Source: Mobula hypostoma (Eukaryota). Taken from it: 64,000 nt of DNA. The translations under genes and the position numbers were made by a program. Shown piece after piece: positions 44,871 through 57,480 of this stretch. The DNA lies in assembly GCF_963921235.1 (NCBI RefSeq), contig NC_086097.1:37884001-37948000 (forward strand). Direction: 5' to 3'. Position 1 is the stretch's first letter; each line of letters opens with the position of its first letter. The notes under the pieces were generated by a model that did not search any database, had not been told where the DNA came from, and saw nothing but the letters and a program-made list of their open reading frames with translations.

Positions 44871-47800
44871 CAGGGCCAGATTTAGTGGGCCAAAGGCCCC
44901 TGGGCTGGAGGCCCTGATGGGCCCCTGTGGCCACCGTAAAATGCTGCTGTACCAAGCAAAAAAAGGCAAGAACAAGAGTAAATGTCGTACTGGTCTAAAT
45001 ATCAAAGCTGTGGACCAAGACATCGGTTTAGTACAACACGTAGGCTATAAACGTACAGGCCTTAAGAGGGAGGACAGAAAGTAATGCAGATTCTTAGTTT
45101 GAAGGACAGCATCTAAAGCACTCAAAAATTGACCTAGGCTTAGTTGGCTTAGTAAAATTATGAGGAAGACGAAGTACGATGTACCCAATCCTAAATCTTT
45201 ATTTAGCTATTGCTGCACATACCATAGGCCTTATCTCTCAAACAATGCCAAAGCATTTTTATCTGGTATTTTTGTCAACCGTGATCTGAGAAAGTAAAAT
45301 GGAAATGAGAGACAAAAAGGCCAAGAGAGATGGCACTATGGCAAATTAGGAAACTTGACAATACTGCAACAATCTTTTTGAAAAATGAGATCTAGCACAT
45401 ACTAACTTATTGCTGTGCTGTGTGGCTTGCAGAGTAAAGACCACTTATTACTTACTAGGTTTGTACACAGTCAACTATTAGCCTATTGCCACAAAAACAG
45501 GAACAGCACTGACACACAAGCCTGGATAGTTACAAAGTTTTTCAAAATTAAAACCCAGTTGTTCTGGATTTCTTTGCAGTAAAGTCCTTGATCAGATCAC
45601 TAAAATCCAGTTTCCGAACAAGATTACTTTCAAGTGACATCAGAGTAGGATGATTCAGCCTGTCCTGTCCCATTGTGGATCTGAGCCTATTCTTCACTAG
45701 CTTGAGCTTGGAGAAAGATCGCTCACCACTTGCATTTGTGACAGGGAGAGTCAGGTAAAGCCTCAAAGCAATGCTTACATTTGGGAAGATGACCTGCAAG
45801 TTTTTTTTTTCTCTGAGGAAGCATAAAAGCTCTGTTGTGGATGAAATATCTTTGCCACTTAGTAATTCCCTGAAATGGACAATCTCCTCCACAAAGTCTA
45901 ACTGAATATCTGTTGAAACAGCCGATTTTTCCAGCTTCATGCAGAATGCGTTCAACTTCTGCTCCAAGTCAACTTCTAGGTGGAAGGTGGTGACCGCAGC
46001 TGAATATCTGCTTTAGAAATCAGATGTTGTACAGAGAGAGAAGGGATATTGTTTAGGATGCCAAATGTGTTGTTAAGGTCATTATATGATGCAAATCTGC
46101 AATCAATTTCTGCAAATAATCTATCCATCAGGACCAAAAAAACAGTAGCTGAGAATTTTCCTCTGGCTGACAAGCCCTCATCAGCTGTTGTGGATTCACC
46201 CAGACAGGCTTTACGTTTTCTTTGTTTTTGGGTGCCCTCTTTGTACACTTGTGAGACTGTTGGAGACATAGTTTTAGCTTGGGTCTCAAAAGTATCAAAT
46301 TGATCACACAAGCTTGCTCTGTATCCCCGTAGTGATCTCACCAAATCCACAGCATTACACAGGTCTAGATTTACAGCTTGCAATGCAACACTTGCACTTT
46401 CAAAGCGCTGAAGAATGCAATGCCAGAATTTGCTCAGAAAAGCTATCTCAAGCTTGTCCATTTTTTTTGTATAGTGACCTTGCTTCATTTCTAGTTGCCA
46501 CATTCTGATTAATGTCATCTGCAGTGCTCTTTAACGAATCTTGAATATTGGCATAATTTCCGCACAATACCTGTGTGGCTTCTGCACGTGCAGTCGATCT
46601 AGTATTAGAGAGAGACTTCAGAGTTTCAGTGCGCTTGTTCGCATTAGGTTGACGTTCTGCGGTCACCACCTTCCACCTAGAAGTTGACTTGCAGCAGAAG
46701 TTGAACACATTCTGCATGAAGCTGGAAAAATCAGCTGTTTCAACACAACAGTGTGTGCTACCACATGGAACCCACTCAGCAAGTGAATTGATTTCCTTGA
46801 TGCGGGATTGTAAGCCTTTGTATGCACCGGACAAATTTGCAGCATTGTCATAGCACTGCCGCCTGCAGTTGCTTATATCAATATTCATCGCTCCTGAAAC
46901 TTTGAGCACAGACTCACATAAAGCCTCCCCCTGTGTGGCTCTCAATGGGTAGAAAAGGTAAGAATCGCTCCTGAATGTTTCCATCAGTTGACACATAACG
47001 TAAAATGAGTATGAGCTGATCTACGTGTGCAACATCTGTGCTTGAGTCGATGCTAATAGAAAAGTATTTGGCCATTTTGACTTCACTGATGATCTCTGAC
47101 AGAACTCGATCACTCATGAGCTCAATAAACTCCTCACATGTTTTAGGTGAAAGATATGAAGGGGTGCCTGATCCTGCATTTCCAAATTTCTGTACGTGCG
47201 CCTTCAAAAATGGGTCAAACTCACATTACCTCTAGAATGCCCATGTAGTTGCCGTTATCAGGCCTGCCAAATATGTCACTGGAGCCTCGGATAGCCAGTC
47301 CCCTCTCGACCAAAAACTTCACAACCGACACCACTCTTCTCAATACCTCGGTCCAGTAGACACACTCTGACTTGCAGTTCTGTATCTATTCTTCCGCTGT
47401 CAGACGCTACTGTAACGTAGGTCAGTATCGTTTTCCTGTGGTGCTCGCTATTTTCATGCTTTCCTATGCCCTCAGTGGCATGCTTCCAGTCACTAAAGCC
47501 AGTTTCGAAGATGGACTGACAGTTACCATCACTGAAGATGCGGCATGCAAAACAAAACACACACCCAGTGGAAGGGGAATATAAGCCATTGCCCATTTAC
47601 GAGCTTGCGTTTGAAGTGAAATTTGGAGAAAAAACATCTCTGCTGTTTGTATACTTGTTCTGAAGCTTTGATATCCACATCCTTATTCTGGCAGGACTCC
47701 GGCCCTTTCTTAGCCCAGTATGCTCGGACTGAATCATCTAACATTTCTTTTCCTCACCAAGCAGGATCATTGCTGTAAGGATCCTCAGTAGCGGTAACAT

Positions 47801-48088
47801 TAACATTAATGGTGGCTAGCTGTTGAACAAGTCTCCATTTGTCCACCGGTCTAAGACTGTGACAAGAGCGATAGTACTGCTGCATCATCGAGAACAGGTT
47901 TAAAAAATTCTGTCAATTTCAATGTCTTTTTTAATGCTTCTTTCTCACGGTCCACTTTTTCTTGTTTGTTTTTCTTTTCTGTGCTCCACTCTCGTTTTTT
48001 TTTTGTCTGCCATGATGATAGCTACCCATTCTGGGCCCCTCTGCAGCTCTGGCCCCTGGGCTGCAGCCCAGCCTAAAGTCTGGCCCTG
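44871..48088 (-). mobile_element. Full-length hAT transposon (Tip100/ZMYM1-like), decayed
   Basis: About 15-bp imperfect TIRs CAGGGCCAGA(C)TTTAG; 8-bp TSD CTGCAGGA (44863-44870, 48089-48096); inserted in a Rex1-like LINE. Confidence 0.93.
45548..48030 (-). pseudogene. Frameshifted hAT transposase (TTF zinc finger, DUF4371-like region, hATC dimerization domain)
   Basis: VFCFACRIF...GFSDWK...HENSEHH; YFSISIDSSTDVAHVDQL; QCYDNAANLSG; LTLPVTNASGERSFSKLKLVKNRLRSTM, split over several frames. Confidence 0.92.
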
Positions 48089-48099
48089 CTGCAGGACTT

Positions 48100-48325
48100 A
48101 GATCATAAGACATAGGAGCAGAATTAGACAATTCAGCCCATCGAGTCTGCTCCACCATTCCATCATGGCTGATCTCAGATCCCACTCAACCCATATACCT
48201 GCCTTCTTGCCATATCCTTTGATGCCCTGACCAATCAGGAAGTGATCAACTCCTACCTTAAATATACCCTTGGACTTGGCCTCCACCGCAGTCTGTGGCA
48301 CAGCACTCCACAGATCCACTACCAT
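48100..48325 (-). mobile_element. CR1 LINE 3' end
   Basis: VVDLWSAVPQTAVEAKS; typical CR1 tail. Confidence 0.85.
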
Positions 48326-48759
48326 GGAATGCTCTTTGTCTTGTGTGTGTCCAAGACAAAGAAGCTGTCAGGAAAAATCGTTGTGGACATTACCCACCGA
48401 ATAAACTTCCTTTTCCGAAAGCACTACAGGGCTATTAAAACCATCTTAAAAAATTCTTCCCCCAAGCAGTTAATCTGCTTAACCATTCTAGTTAGCCATT
48501 CCATCCCTGCTATTATCTATGTCAATGAATTGCACTGTAAACACTTTATAATACTGTTTACCTTGTAACTACATGCTGCTGTTAATGAATTTATGCACAT
48601 TTTATTTCCTATCTATACTTCTAACTTCACTTTTATTCTGTATAGTTGTTAAAATGTTGTCTTTTTGTTGCATGTGGCACCATCACGGCAATTTCCTAAT
48701 ACATGTCAACGTATATGGTGAATAAAGTTGATCCTCGCTCCTTCTACAGAAAAAGCAAG

Positions 48760-49510
48760 TGACCTAAAGTTGTAGAATAAAAAAAATTGAGTCTGTAGGG
48801 CAGAAATGTGCTCAGAAAGAAGATGAGTACTGTTCCTACAATGGACCGTTTTGTAATAGGAGGCCATAAACAGAAAGAGTAGGAGTGGGATGGAGAATGA
48901 AATTAGCAGGCACCAGAAGCTCATTTTTGTGCCTGCGGTCTGAAATTGGTTGCTTTGTCAGGCTATTGACCAATGTATATTTGGATCCTACAATATTGAG
49001 GAAACTGTGAGAATTGGAAAAGTGTAATTGGGACTTTTTGGAACAATGGTTGCTGGGAAGGGAGGAGATAAAAGAGCTGGTATTGCATCTCTTGTAGTTG
49101 TATAGGGAAGTTTGAGAAAATGTGGAAATGGAGGAGCAGACCAGAGGGTCACAAAGGGAATTGTCCATTCAGAATGCTGAAAAAGGAGGGGAGGTTAAAT
49201 TGTCTGGTGGTGTAATCTCATTGCCAGTGCCAGAAAATGTGAAGGATTTGCGAAGTTGTTTGTGGAGGCTGGGGGAGAGGCTTTAAAAAACCAGGGAAAT
49301 TCTATTGTTCTGTCTGGAGGAGGAGTCAGAGCAGAGGTACCAATATCAGCTCAGGTGTATTCAAGAACTCTCAGCTGTTGTAGAGGCGAAGCCGCAGTTC
49401 AGGAAGGGACATTTCATAGGCACTGGTGTAGAAAACGTTATTGGAGTTGGGGAAAGGGGAATACTGAATTGCCCTTCTAGGTGCCGGGATGGAAGGAGGT
49501 ACGTGTAGCT
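48760..49510 (-). mobile_element. Highly degenerate Penelope-like fragment
   Basis: Residual similarity to the GIY-YIG and RT segments of the 54524 element. Confidence 0.5.
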
Positions 49511-49700
49511 GAGATGGATGTGACAAGCTTGTAATAAGTGTTTGCAATGCACTAATGTTGAGTTTATGTATTTTTAAAATTTCTACTATTTGTCTTCTTT
49601 CACAGATTTATTGTTTGTCAGTCTTTATGTATAGTTCTTCATAAATTCTAGTATCTTTCTTTATTTTCCTGTCAATGAACCTCAGGAAAATGGGGTTGGA

Positions 49701-49995
49701 GGGGTGCAGTAGCGTAGTGGTTAGCACAAGCCTTACAGTACGGGTGACCCGGGTTCAATTCCCGCCGCTGCCTGTAAGGAGTTTGTATGATCTCCTCGTG
49801 ACTGTGTGAGTTTCCTCCGGGTGCTCCAGTTCCATCCCACAGTCCCACAGTCCAAAGATGTATTGATTGATAGGTTAATTGATCATTGTAAAATGTCCCT
49901 TGATTAGACTAGGATCAAATCGGGGGATTGCTGTGTGGCATAGTTTGAAGGGCCGGAAAGGCCTATATTGCACTGTATCTCAATAAATAAATAGA
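49701..49995 (+). mobile_element. V-SINE (HE1-like), well preserved
   Basis: A box TAGCGTAGTGGTT, B box GGGTTCAATTCCC, V-domain GGAGTTTGTA...TTTCCTCCGGGTGCTCCAG, CR1-like tail GAAGGGCCGGAAAGGCCT. Confidence 0.85.
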
Positions 49996-50028
49996 GTATA
50001 TTTATAAATAAGGATATTGTGACAAATA

Positions 50029-50542
50029 CACTCAGTGGCCATTTTGTTATCACCTGTGATTTTCCGCTGCTGTAGCCCATCCACTTCAAGATTCAACATG
50101 ATGTGCATTCTGCACACCACGGTTGTAACATGTAGCATTTGAGTTACTGTCACCTTCCTGTCGGCTTGAAGTAGTCTGACCATTCTCTTCTGACCTCTCT
50201 CATTATTAGAGCATTTTTGCCCATAGAACTGCTGCTCACTGGATTTCTTTTTGTTTTGTTTTTCACACCATTTTCTGTAAACTCTAGAGACCTGTGTGTG
50301 AAAATGCCAGGAGATCAGTAGTTTCTGAAATACTCAAACCACGACATCTGACACCAACAATAATTCCACAGTTAAAGTCACTTGGATCACATTTCTTCCC
50401 CATCCTGATATTTGGTCTGAACAACAACTGAAACTTTCGACAATGTCTAAATGTTTTTATTCATTGAGTTGCTGCCACATGATTGGCCAATTAGATATTT
50501 GCATTAGTGAGCAGGTGTACCTAATAGAGTGGCCAATAAGTG
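50029..50542 (-). mobile_element. Non-autonomous Tc1/mariner element
   Basis: TA-flanked CACTCAGTGGCC TIRs; MVRLLQADRKVTVTQ remnant. Confidence 0.8.
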
Positions 50543-51009
50543 TACGTACTTTGATCATAAATTTACTTTGACTTTGAGATAGAAACAGGAAGGGAAGATG
50601 GACAGATCACGCCACGTGAAAGCACGAGTATGGAAGTTGGCAGCAAAAGTTTTAAGTTCTTTCTGAGTTCAGGAAGTAGCACTTTACATCCTTTGATGTA
50701 CTTTAAAAAGAATCGAGGGAATGACCTGAGAAATGCCGAAACAAAACCTGTTTGATTTTTTTTCTATATAAAAAGACAGATGTAGCTTGGGCCAATGGAA
50801 GTTCCTGTAGTTATGTTTTTGATCTGGAGAAAGTGTCTGAAGTTAAAGGAGATGTGCAATTTCAGAATGTGTTCAGCAAGATGATAACTGTGTTGAACTA
50901 AAGAAACTGGATGGCTGTCTGTTCAGTAAAGAAGTGGAAGGCCTCAGACTATCCAGTTGTGGATGCAAGTGTAAGGGAATTGTGTGTATAAACTAAAAGA
51001 TGTGTCTTT

Positions 51010-51150
51010 GAGTACTGATAGAAGGTCTCAGCCTGAAGTGTCTACTGTTTACTCTTTTCCAGAGATGCTGCCTGGCCTGCTGAGTTCCTCCAGCATTTTG
51101 TGTGTGTTGCTTTGGATTTCCAGCATCTGCAGAATTTCTTGCATTTGTGA
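51010..51150 (+). mobile_element. Penelope-derived tail with decayed hammerhead
   Basis: AGATGCTGCCTGGCCTGCTGAGTTCCTCCAGCATTTTGTGTGTG family sequence. Confidence 0.8.
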
Positions 51151-52340
51151 TACTGAAGATGTGCCAGCTGAGCAGAGAACTGGAAACTGCTAAAGTGATG
51201 GAGAGCATCAGAGATGTAAGCGGGGGCGAGGGGGGGGGGTGGAGAGCCTGGAGTGGGGAGAGGGATGGAGTCAAAGTAAGGAGAAATAAATTTGATGAGG
51301 CAATAGCAGGCTGAGAGAAGGTGTCTGAATGGGCAGTTCTGTACCTGGATCTTGGGCAGCAGGTAAAGCGGGCTATGCAAAGGTGAGAGACTACAAAGGG
51401 GAGGAAAGATTTCACAAGGAAATTAAAAACAGGACTGGGAGACAATGTCTTCATCTTCAGTCATGGAGCCATCATCCTCAGGGAAGTCTGATAAATGACA
51501 TTGGTATCAGAGAGATCGAGTCAATTCCCTAGACAACAACAGCACCTCCACAGCCATGGTTAATTTTTAATGAACAAAATGCTGTCAGTTCAGAAGGGGG
51601 TAGGCTGGAATGAATAAGGAAAGTAATTAGATGGTCAAAGTTGCACTAGCAATTAGCAAATGTTAAGCTATCAACTAAAACATTGTATGGTAATAAATAA
51701 CATTGAACTATTAGAAGCTTTATCGCTTTTGCCACTGTGAAGCTCATATCATTAATAATCACAAAGTACAGTCAGTTGTCATAAATGCCACTTTTTGAGC
51801 TTTTGCTTGATCTGAAATTTTAAGCCAGTCAATCTAGAAACTACCGAAGGATGAAGACAGCACAGCATTGAATGTGAGTTGTCTTGTTCTGCTGCATGAA
51901 TTGGCCATTAGGGAGAGGCTGGGTTATAAATAGAGCATCCTTTATTGAAAGCAGAAACTCAGATAAGCAGCAGTATTTCATGCAATAATATATCAAAGTC
52001 ATACCACATGTCAATGCTTTAAAGAAAAGATCTCTCCCACTACAGACACCAAAAGTCCAGATTTGAAAAGAAAAAGCTATCTGTAATCTGCCCCATTTAT
52101 TTCCAACCCTTTCAAAATATGTTTTGATAAAATACTGTATGCTCATCCTGTCAGCAAAATTAAAACAGATAGGATAAAAGCAACATGAGCACTGTGGTTA
52201 TAAAGTATAGCCCTGGGTTAGAAAAGAGAGTACTCCAATTAATGTTTCTTTTAAAGATTCAAATTCCTTGGAGATTCCCAAGGTTTGGCATTAGGACCAC
52301 AGTTATGTGATATATATTCATGACTTAGACTTTGTTCTGG

Positions 52341-52562
52341 ATCATATCATATCATATCATACCTGATTGATCCCGGGGGAAATGGGTTTTCGTTACAGTT
52401 GCACCATAAATAATAAATAGTAATAAAACCATAAATAGTTAAATAGTAATATGTAAATTATGCCAGGAAATAAGTCCAGGACCAGCCTATTGGCTCAGGG
52501 TGTCTGACCCTCCAAGGGAGGAGTTGTAAAGTTTGATGGCCACAGGCAGGAATGACTTCCGA
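52341..52562 (-). mobile_element. LINE 3' end with (GATAT)n tail
   Basis: Tandem tail plus SFLPVAIKLYN-like C-terminus on the minus strand. Confidence 0.65.
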
Positions 52563-52714
52563 TGAAGAAGAGTGCAGTTACGTCTGAATATAATTAGATA
52601 CAATTGTATGGATACAATCTCAAAGTTTTAAAATGTGAAGATAAAAGTATTAAACTTCAGGAGGAGCTAGGCATATTGGTGATATCGTAAGAAGAATAAT
52701 TTAATATGCTAAAT

Positions 52715-52918
52715 TGGGTCCCCAACCTTTTTTGCACCGTGAACCGGTTTAATATTGACAATATTCTTGCGGACCAGTCGATGGAGGGGGTGGTGGTGTT
52801 CAAGTTCAACAGTGCATGACAGGGAATGAGGAAAGGTGCAGCTGACTCATATCGTTTCATATTGTTTCCTCGCGGCCCGGTAGCATGTGCTTTACGGCCC
52901 GGTGGTTGAGCACCACTG
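52715..52918. mobile_element. hAT-Charlie MITE related to 37333-38131
   Basis: 8-bp TSD TGCTAAAT (52707-52714, 52919-52926); shared terminal sequences. Confidence 0.85.
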
Positions 52919-53644
52919 TGCTAAATGGTACAATTCCAAAGCTGTGAAATGAAGAAGCTATCTTATTGTCCTTACACACAAATATTTGACAGTGCTAGGA
53001 CCTTATACTGGCAAATGAGACTCATGTAGATGCACAAAATGATCAGCATGGATGTTGTGGTCTTGAGGACCCATTGTATGTACAGCTTCATGATTCTAGT
53101 AAATGAGATCCTCTCATTTTAAATAGATGTATTGAATATAAAAGCTACAATACAAAAATATAAAATGTTTTGCCTCAGGTGGAGTCTTCTGTCATTTTTT
53201 TAAAAAATCCTATTTTCGGGATTTCAGTGTTCCTGTCAGGGCTAGCATTTATTAACCTCAATCGGCCGTGTTGAAAGTACCCACATAGAGCTACTGAGTA
53301 GACAGTTCCAGGATTTAGATCAGGAAACCATTAAGAAACAGTAATACATTTTCAAAATTCAGAATGGTATTTGATCCAAAGGTCACCATATACATGATCG
53401 TGCTCCCAAATGATTGAGACCCTTGCCCTTGGTGGCAGAGGTGCTGTTCGTGTGGCCTAACAGAGTATCTTCACTGTACTGTATTTCGTAGATAAAAAAC
53501 AATGCATGCTCTGATTGCTGCTGATGGATGCAATGAAGGTTTAGGATGGGTACCAATCAAATGGACTACTTGGTCCTGAATGCTGTTGACCTCCTTCAGT
53601 ACAGTTGTTCCTCCATCCAGGAAAGTGGACAGTGTACCATCAAA

Positions 53645-53843
53645 AACACACACAAAACACTGGAGGAACTTAGCAGGCTACACAGCATCCTTGGAAACGA
53701 GTATAGTTGACGTTTCGGGCCAAGGTCCTTCATCAGGACTGAAACATCGACTATACTCTTTCCCATAGATGGTGCATTCCCTGCTGGGTTTCTCCAGCAT
53801 TTTGTGTGTGTTGCTTGGATTTCCAACATCTGCGGATTTTCTC
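53645..53843. mobile_element. Penelope-derived fold-back element with minus-strand hammerhead motif
   Basis: Minus strand reads CAGTC-CTGATGA-AGGACCTTGGCCC-GAAAC-GTC-AACTA; imperfect inverted arms. Confidence 0.8.
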
Positions 53844-54523
53844 TAGTTAGTCTACCATAGTATTGCTGGTTTGTGTCTTTTAAATGGTGGAAACATTTTG
53901 TGATGTCAAGAGGTGAGTAATTCACAGCTTCTGATCCACTCCAGTAGTCATAATAGTTAATGGATTGATCCAGTTGGATTTCGAGCGAATGGTTACTCCT
54001 AGATGTTAATGTCATGGAATTAAGAGGCAGATGGTTAGCTCTAGGTGGAGATGATGATTGTTTGCCATTTTCATAGCATGAATATTATTTGCCACTTTGA
54101 ATCCAATCCTGAATGTTTCTATGCCTTACTCCATGAAGGATGACACTGCTTCATTGAGGTTTTATGGATGGAATTTTAAACATTGTGTAGACATCAGCAT
54201 GCCTTTGAGATCGGATCTTGCCATGGGATACAATGGCTTCTTACTATAGCAACTATTTTCTTTGTGAGTGTTGTTACTTCAATCATTGGAGTGTTTTGTT
54301 CTTGATGCCAGTTGTCTACAGTTTTACTAAGGACCACTGATGCCTCAGTTGATCATATGCTGCCCTAATTAAGGACTCCTGCCATCTGGCACACATCCTC
54401 GACTCTTTAATACTATCAGGGCGGAATTATAGGAGCCTGAAGACCCATATGCAACAATTCAGGAATAGTTTCTTCCCCTCTTCAATTAGATTTCAAAATG
54501 AAAAAAAAATGAACACTACCTTA

Positions 54524-55605
54524 AACGCATCTCCCCCATTTCACGTACATCTGCTCTCACTCCATCCTCCCACCACCCCACTAGGAATAGGGTTCCCCTG
54601 GTCCTCACCTACCACCCCACCAGCCTCCGGGTCCAACATATTATTCTCCGTAACTTCCGCCACCTCCAACGGGATCCCACCACTAAGCACATCTTTCCCT
54701 CCCCCCCTTTCTGCATTCCACAGGGATCGCTCCCTACACAACTCCCTTGTCCATTCGTCCCCCCCATCCCTCCCCACTGATCTCCCTCCTGGCACTTATC
54801 CGTGTAAGCGGAACAAGTGCTACACATGCCCTTACACTTCCTCCCTTACCACCATTCAGGGCCCCAAACAGTCCTTCCAGGTGAGGCATCACTTCACCTG
54901 TGAGTCGACTGGGGTGATATACTGCGTCCGGTGCTCCCAATGTGGCCTTTTATATATTGGCGAGACCCGACGCAGACTGGGAGACCGCTTTGCTGAACAT
55001 CTACGCTCTGTCCGCCAGAGAAAGCAGGATCTCCCAGTGGCCACACATTTTAATTCCACATCCCATTCCCATCCTGACATGTCTATCCACGGCCTCCTCT
55101 ACTGTAAAGATGAAGCCACACTCAGGTTGGGGGAACAACACCTTATATTCCGTCTGGGTAGCCTTCAACCTGATGGCATGAACATCGACTTCTCTAACTT
55201 CCGCTAGGCCCCACCTCCCCCTCGTACCCCATCTGTTGCTCATTTTTATGCACACATTCTTTCTCTCACTCTCCTTTTTCTCCCTCTGTCCCTCTGAATA
55301 TACCTCTTGCCCATCCTCTGGGTCACCCCCCCCACTCCTTGTCTTTCTTCCCGGATCTCCTGTCCCATGATCCCCTCGTATCCCCTTTTGCCTATCACCT
55401 GTCCAGCTCTCGGCTCTATCCCTCCCCCTCCTGTCTTCTCCTATCATTTTGGATCTCCCCCTCCCCCTCCAGCTTTCAAATCCCTTACTCACTCTTCCTT
55501 CAGTTAGTCCTGACAAAGGGTCTCGGCCTGAAACGTCGACTGCGCCTCTTCCTATAGATGCTGCTTGGCCTGCTGCGTTCACCAGCAACTTTGATGTATG
55601 TTGCT
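54524..55605 (+). mobile_element. 5'-truncated Penelope-like element: GIY-YIG endonuclease end plus hammerhead-bearing tail
   Basis: FTCESTGVIYCVRCSQCGLLYIGETRRRLGDRFAEH; 14-bp TSD TGAACACTACCTTA (54510-54523, 55606-55619). Confidence 0.93.
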
Positions 55606-56979
55606 TGAACACTACCTTATTTTTGCACTAATTATTAATTTTTATAATTCATTTTTTTAAATGTCTTTGCACTGAACTGTTGCTGCAAACCAACAAACTT
55701 GACGTCGTATGTCAGTGAAAATAAATCTGATTCTGATTCTGCCTTAATGTCAAGAGCACTCACTCTCACCTCACCTCTGAGATTGTTTAGATCATGACTA
55801 TGATGAGGTCCTGAGCAAAGCAGTCCCAACAAAACCCAAACTGAGCTTTGGTGATTAGGTTATCAGCGAGTATATGCCTCTTTTATTCATTTGATGATAA
55901 TTGACAGTCGACTGCTTGGGGTGTAATTAGTTGGATTGATTTTGATTTGCCTTTTATTAGCAAGACATATCCGGATAATTTTCCACATTGTTAGGTATCT
56001 TTCGGTGTTGTAATTATGCTGGATTCAGATTCATTTATCATGTGTAACATTGAAACATGCAGTGAAGTGCGTTGCTAACAACCAACCCACCCAAGGATAT
56101 GCTGAGGGCAGCCCACAAGTGTTGCCACACATTCCGGTGCCAACATAGCAGAACAACACCAAGAATAGCTTGGCAGGAGATATGGCCAGTTCTGGAGCAC
56201 AGGTCTTTACTATTAGAGATCACCTTTCCTGTATCCATGCTTTTAGTTGTTTTATGATATCACATCAGGTGAATTAAATAGACTGAAGAATGGTGGGGTT
56301 TCAAGAGGAAGCAAAGATACATTATCCACTCAACAGATATCTCTTGCTGATGAAAAGCAAGTCAAACCCAATCCAACCCACACATGCTACTGTCAAATAT
56401 CAACAAAGGAATAAAAGGTGTGATTGACAGTGGCATATACTCATTAATAACCTGATGCTTCATCATTGAGGATAGGGATTTTCTATACCTACCTCCTGCA
56501 ATTAGTTGCTTAAATATCCATTATCCTTCATTATTAGACATGACAGAACTGCAGTGCTTTGATCTGATCTAAGGCTCTATGGTATGCTATCTTTGCTACC
56601 TAATGTACATGCATTCCTGTGCAGCTTCACCAGATTAGCACCTTATTGATTGGTACTACTGGAGTTGCAGCCTTCAAGCCCTTCTGCACTGTTCAATGAA
56701 CCATGGTTGATCCATTTGATTGATCAATATACTAGAGTAAGGGATATGTTAGTTACACAGTTATAGATTATTGGCTATATTTCTGCTGCTGATGTTCCAG
56801 TGCCTCATGGATGCTCTGCCAGATTTATTCTTAGTCAATCCCATTTAACATCGATTTGCTGGTCGCTTCTGCCATTGTTATCATGGACAAATGCACCCTC
56901 TTGGCAAGGACAAGGCCACCTCAGAGAGATTTTTACACTTAATATGGCTACGATATCCTTCAGGATTTGTCTGGTACAT

Positions 56980-57480
56980 TCTTTCTTTCTTTTCAAATCT
57001 TTTTATTATTTATTCCCAAAATAAACACGAGTACATCGAAGTAAACAACACTTACAATGTCCCAAGAAAAAAAAAACATTATATAAAGATTGAAAAAATT
57101 TTGTGGTGGAAAAAAAACCCCTACTAAGCAAGAAAAGTGGGAAAAAAGGAAAATCCCATTAGGTGTTCAACCCCAGAGCCATGCGTCATACATAAAGCTT
57201 CGAAAGATAAACATCAAACCGCCAGCAAAAAAAGAAAGTACCAAAAAAAATTTACAATTAGACCGTGGAGAATCCATCAATTAACTCAAATGATAATAAC
57301 GAGCAAATGAACCCCACCTTTTCTCAAAATCAAACATAGGTTCAAAGATTCGACTTGAATTTTCTCCAAACTAAGACATAGCATCACTTGAGAGAACCAT
57401 TGTGACAAAGTGGGAGCCGTTGTATCCTTCCACTTCAACAAAATGGCACTCCTAGCTATCAATGTAACAAATGCAATAAC
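56980..57480 (-). mobile_element. L1-clade LINE 3' end
   Basis: IAFVTLIARSAILLKWKDTTAPTLSQW; A-rich tail with AATAAAAAG. Confidence 0.8.

Noticed and set aside
49701..49770. tRNA genes here and at about 15620-15688 and 60915-60980
   Set aside because: A/B boxes are present but there is no complete cloverleaf, and each runs into a SINE body
51840..52150. Apparently unique sequence with a MEF2/TATA-like TTATAAATAG as a possible enhancer
   Set aside because: Such motifs are common in AT-rich DNA and cannot be supported without conservation or chromatin data
55001..55612. 203-aa minus-strand ORF
   Set aside because: Antisense reading of the Penelope ORF end and its pyrimidine-rich UTR
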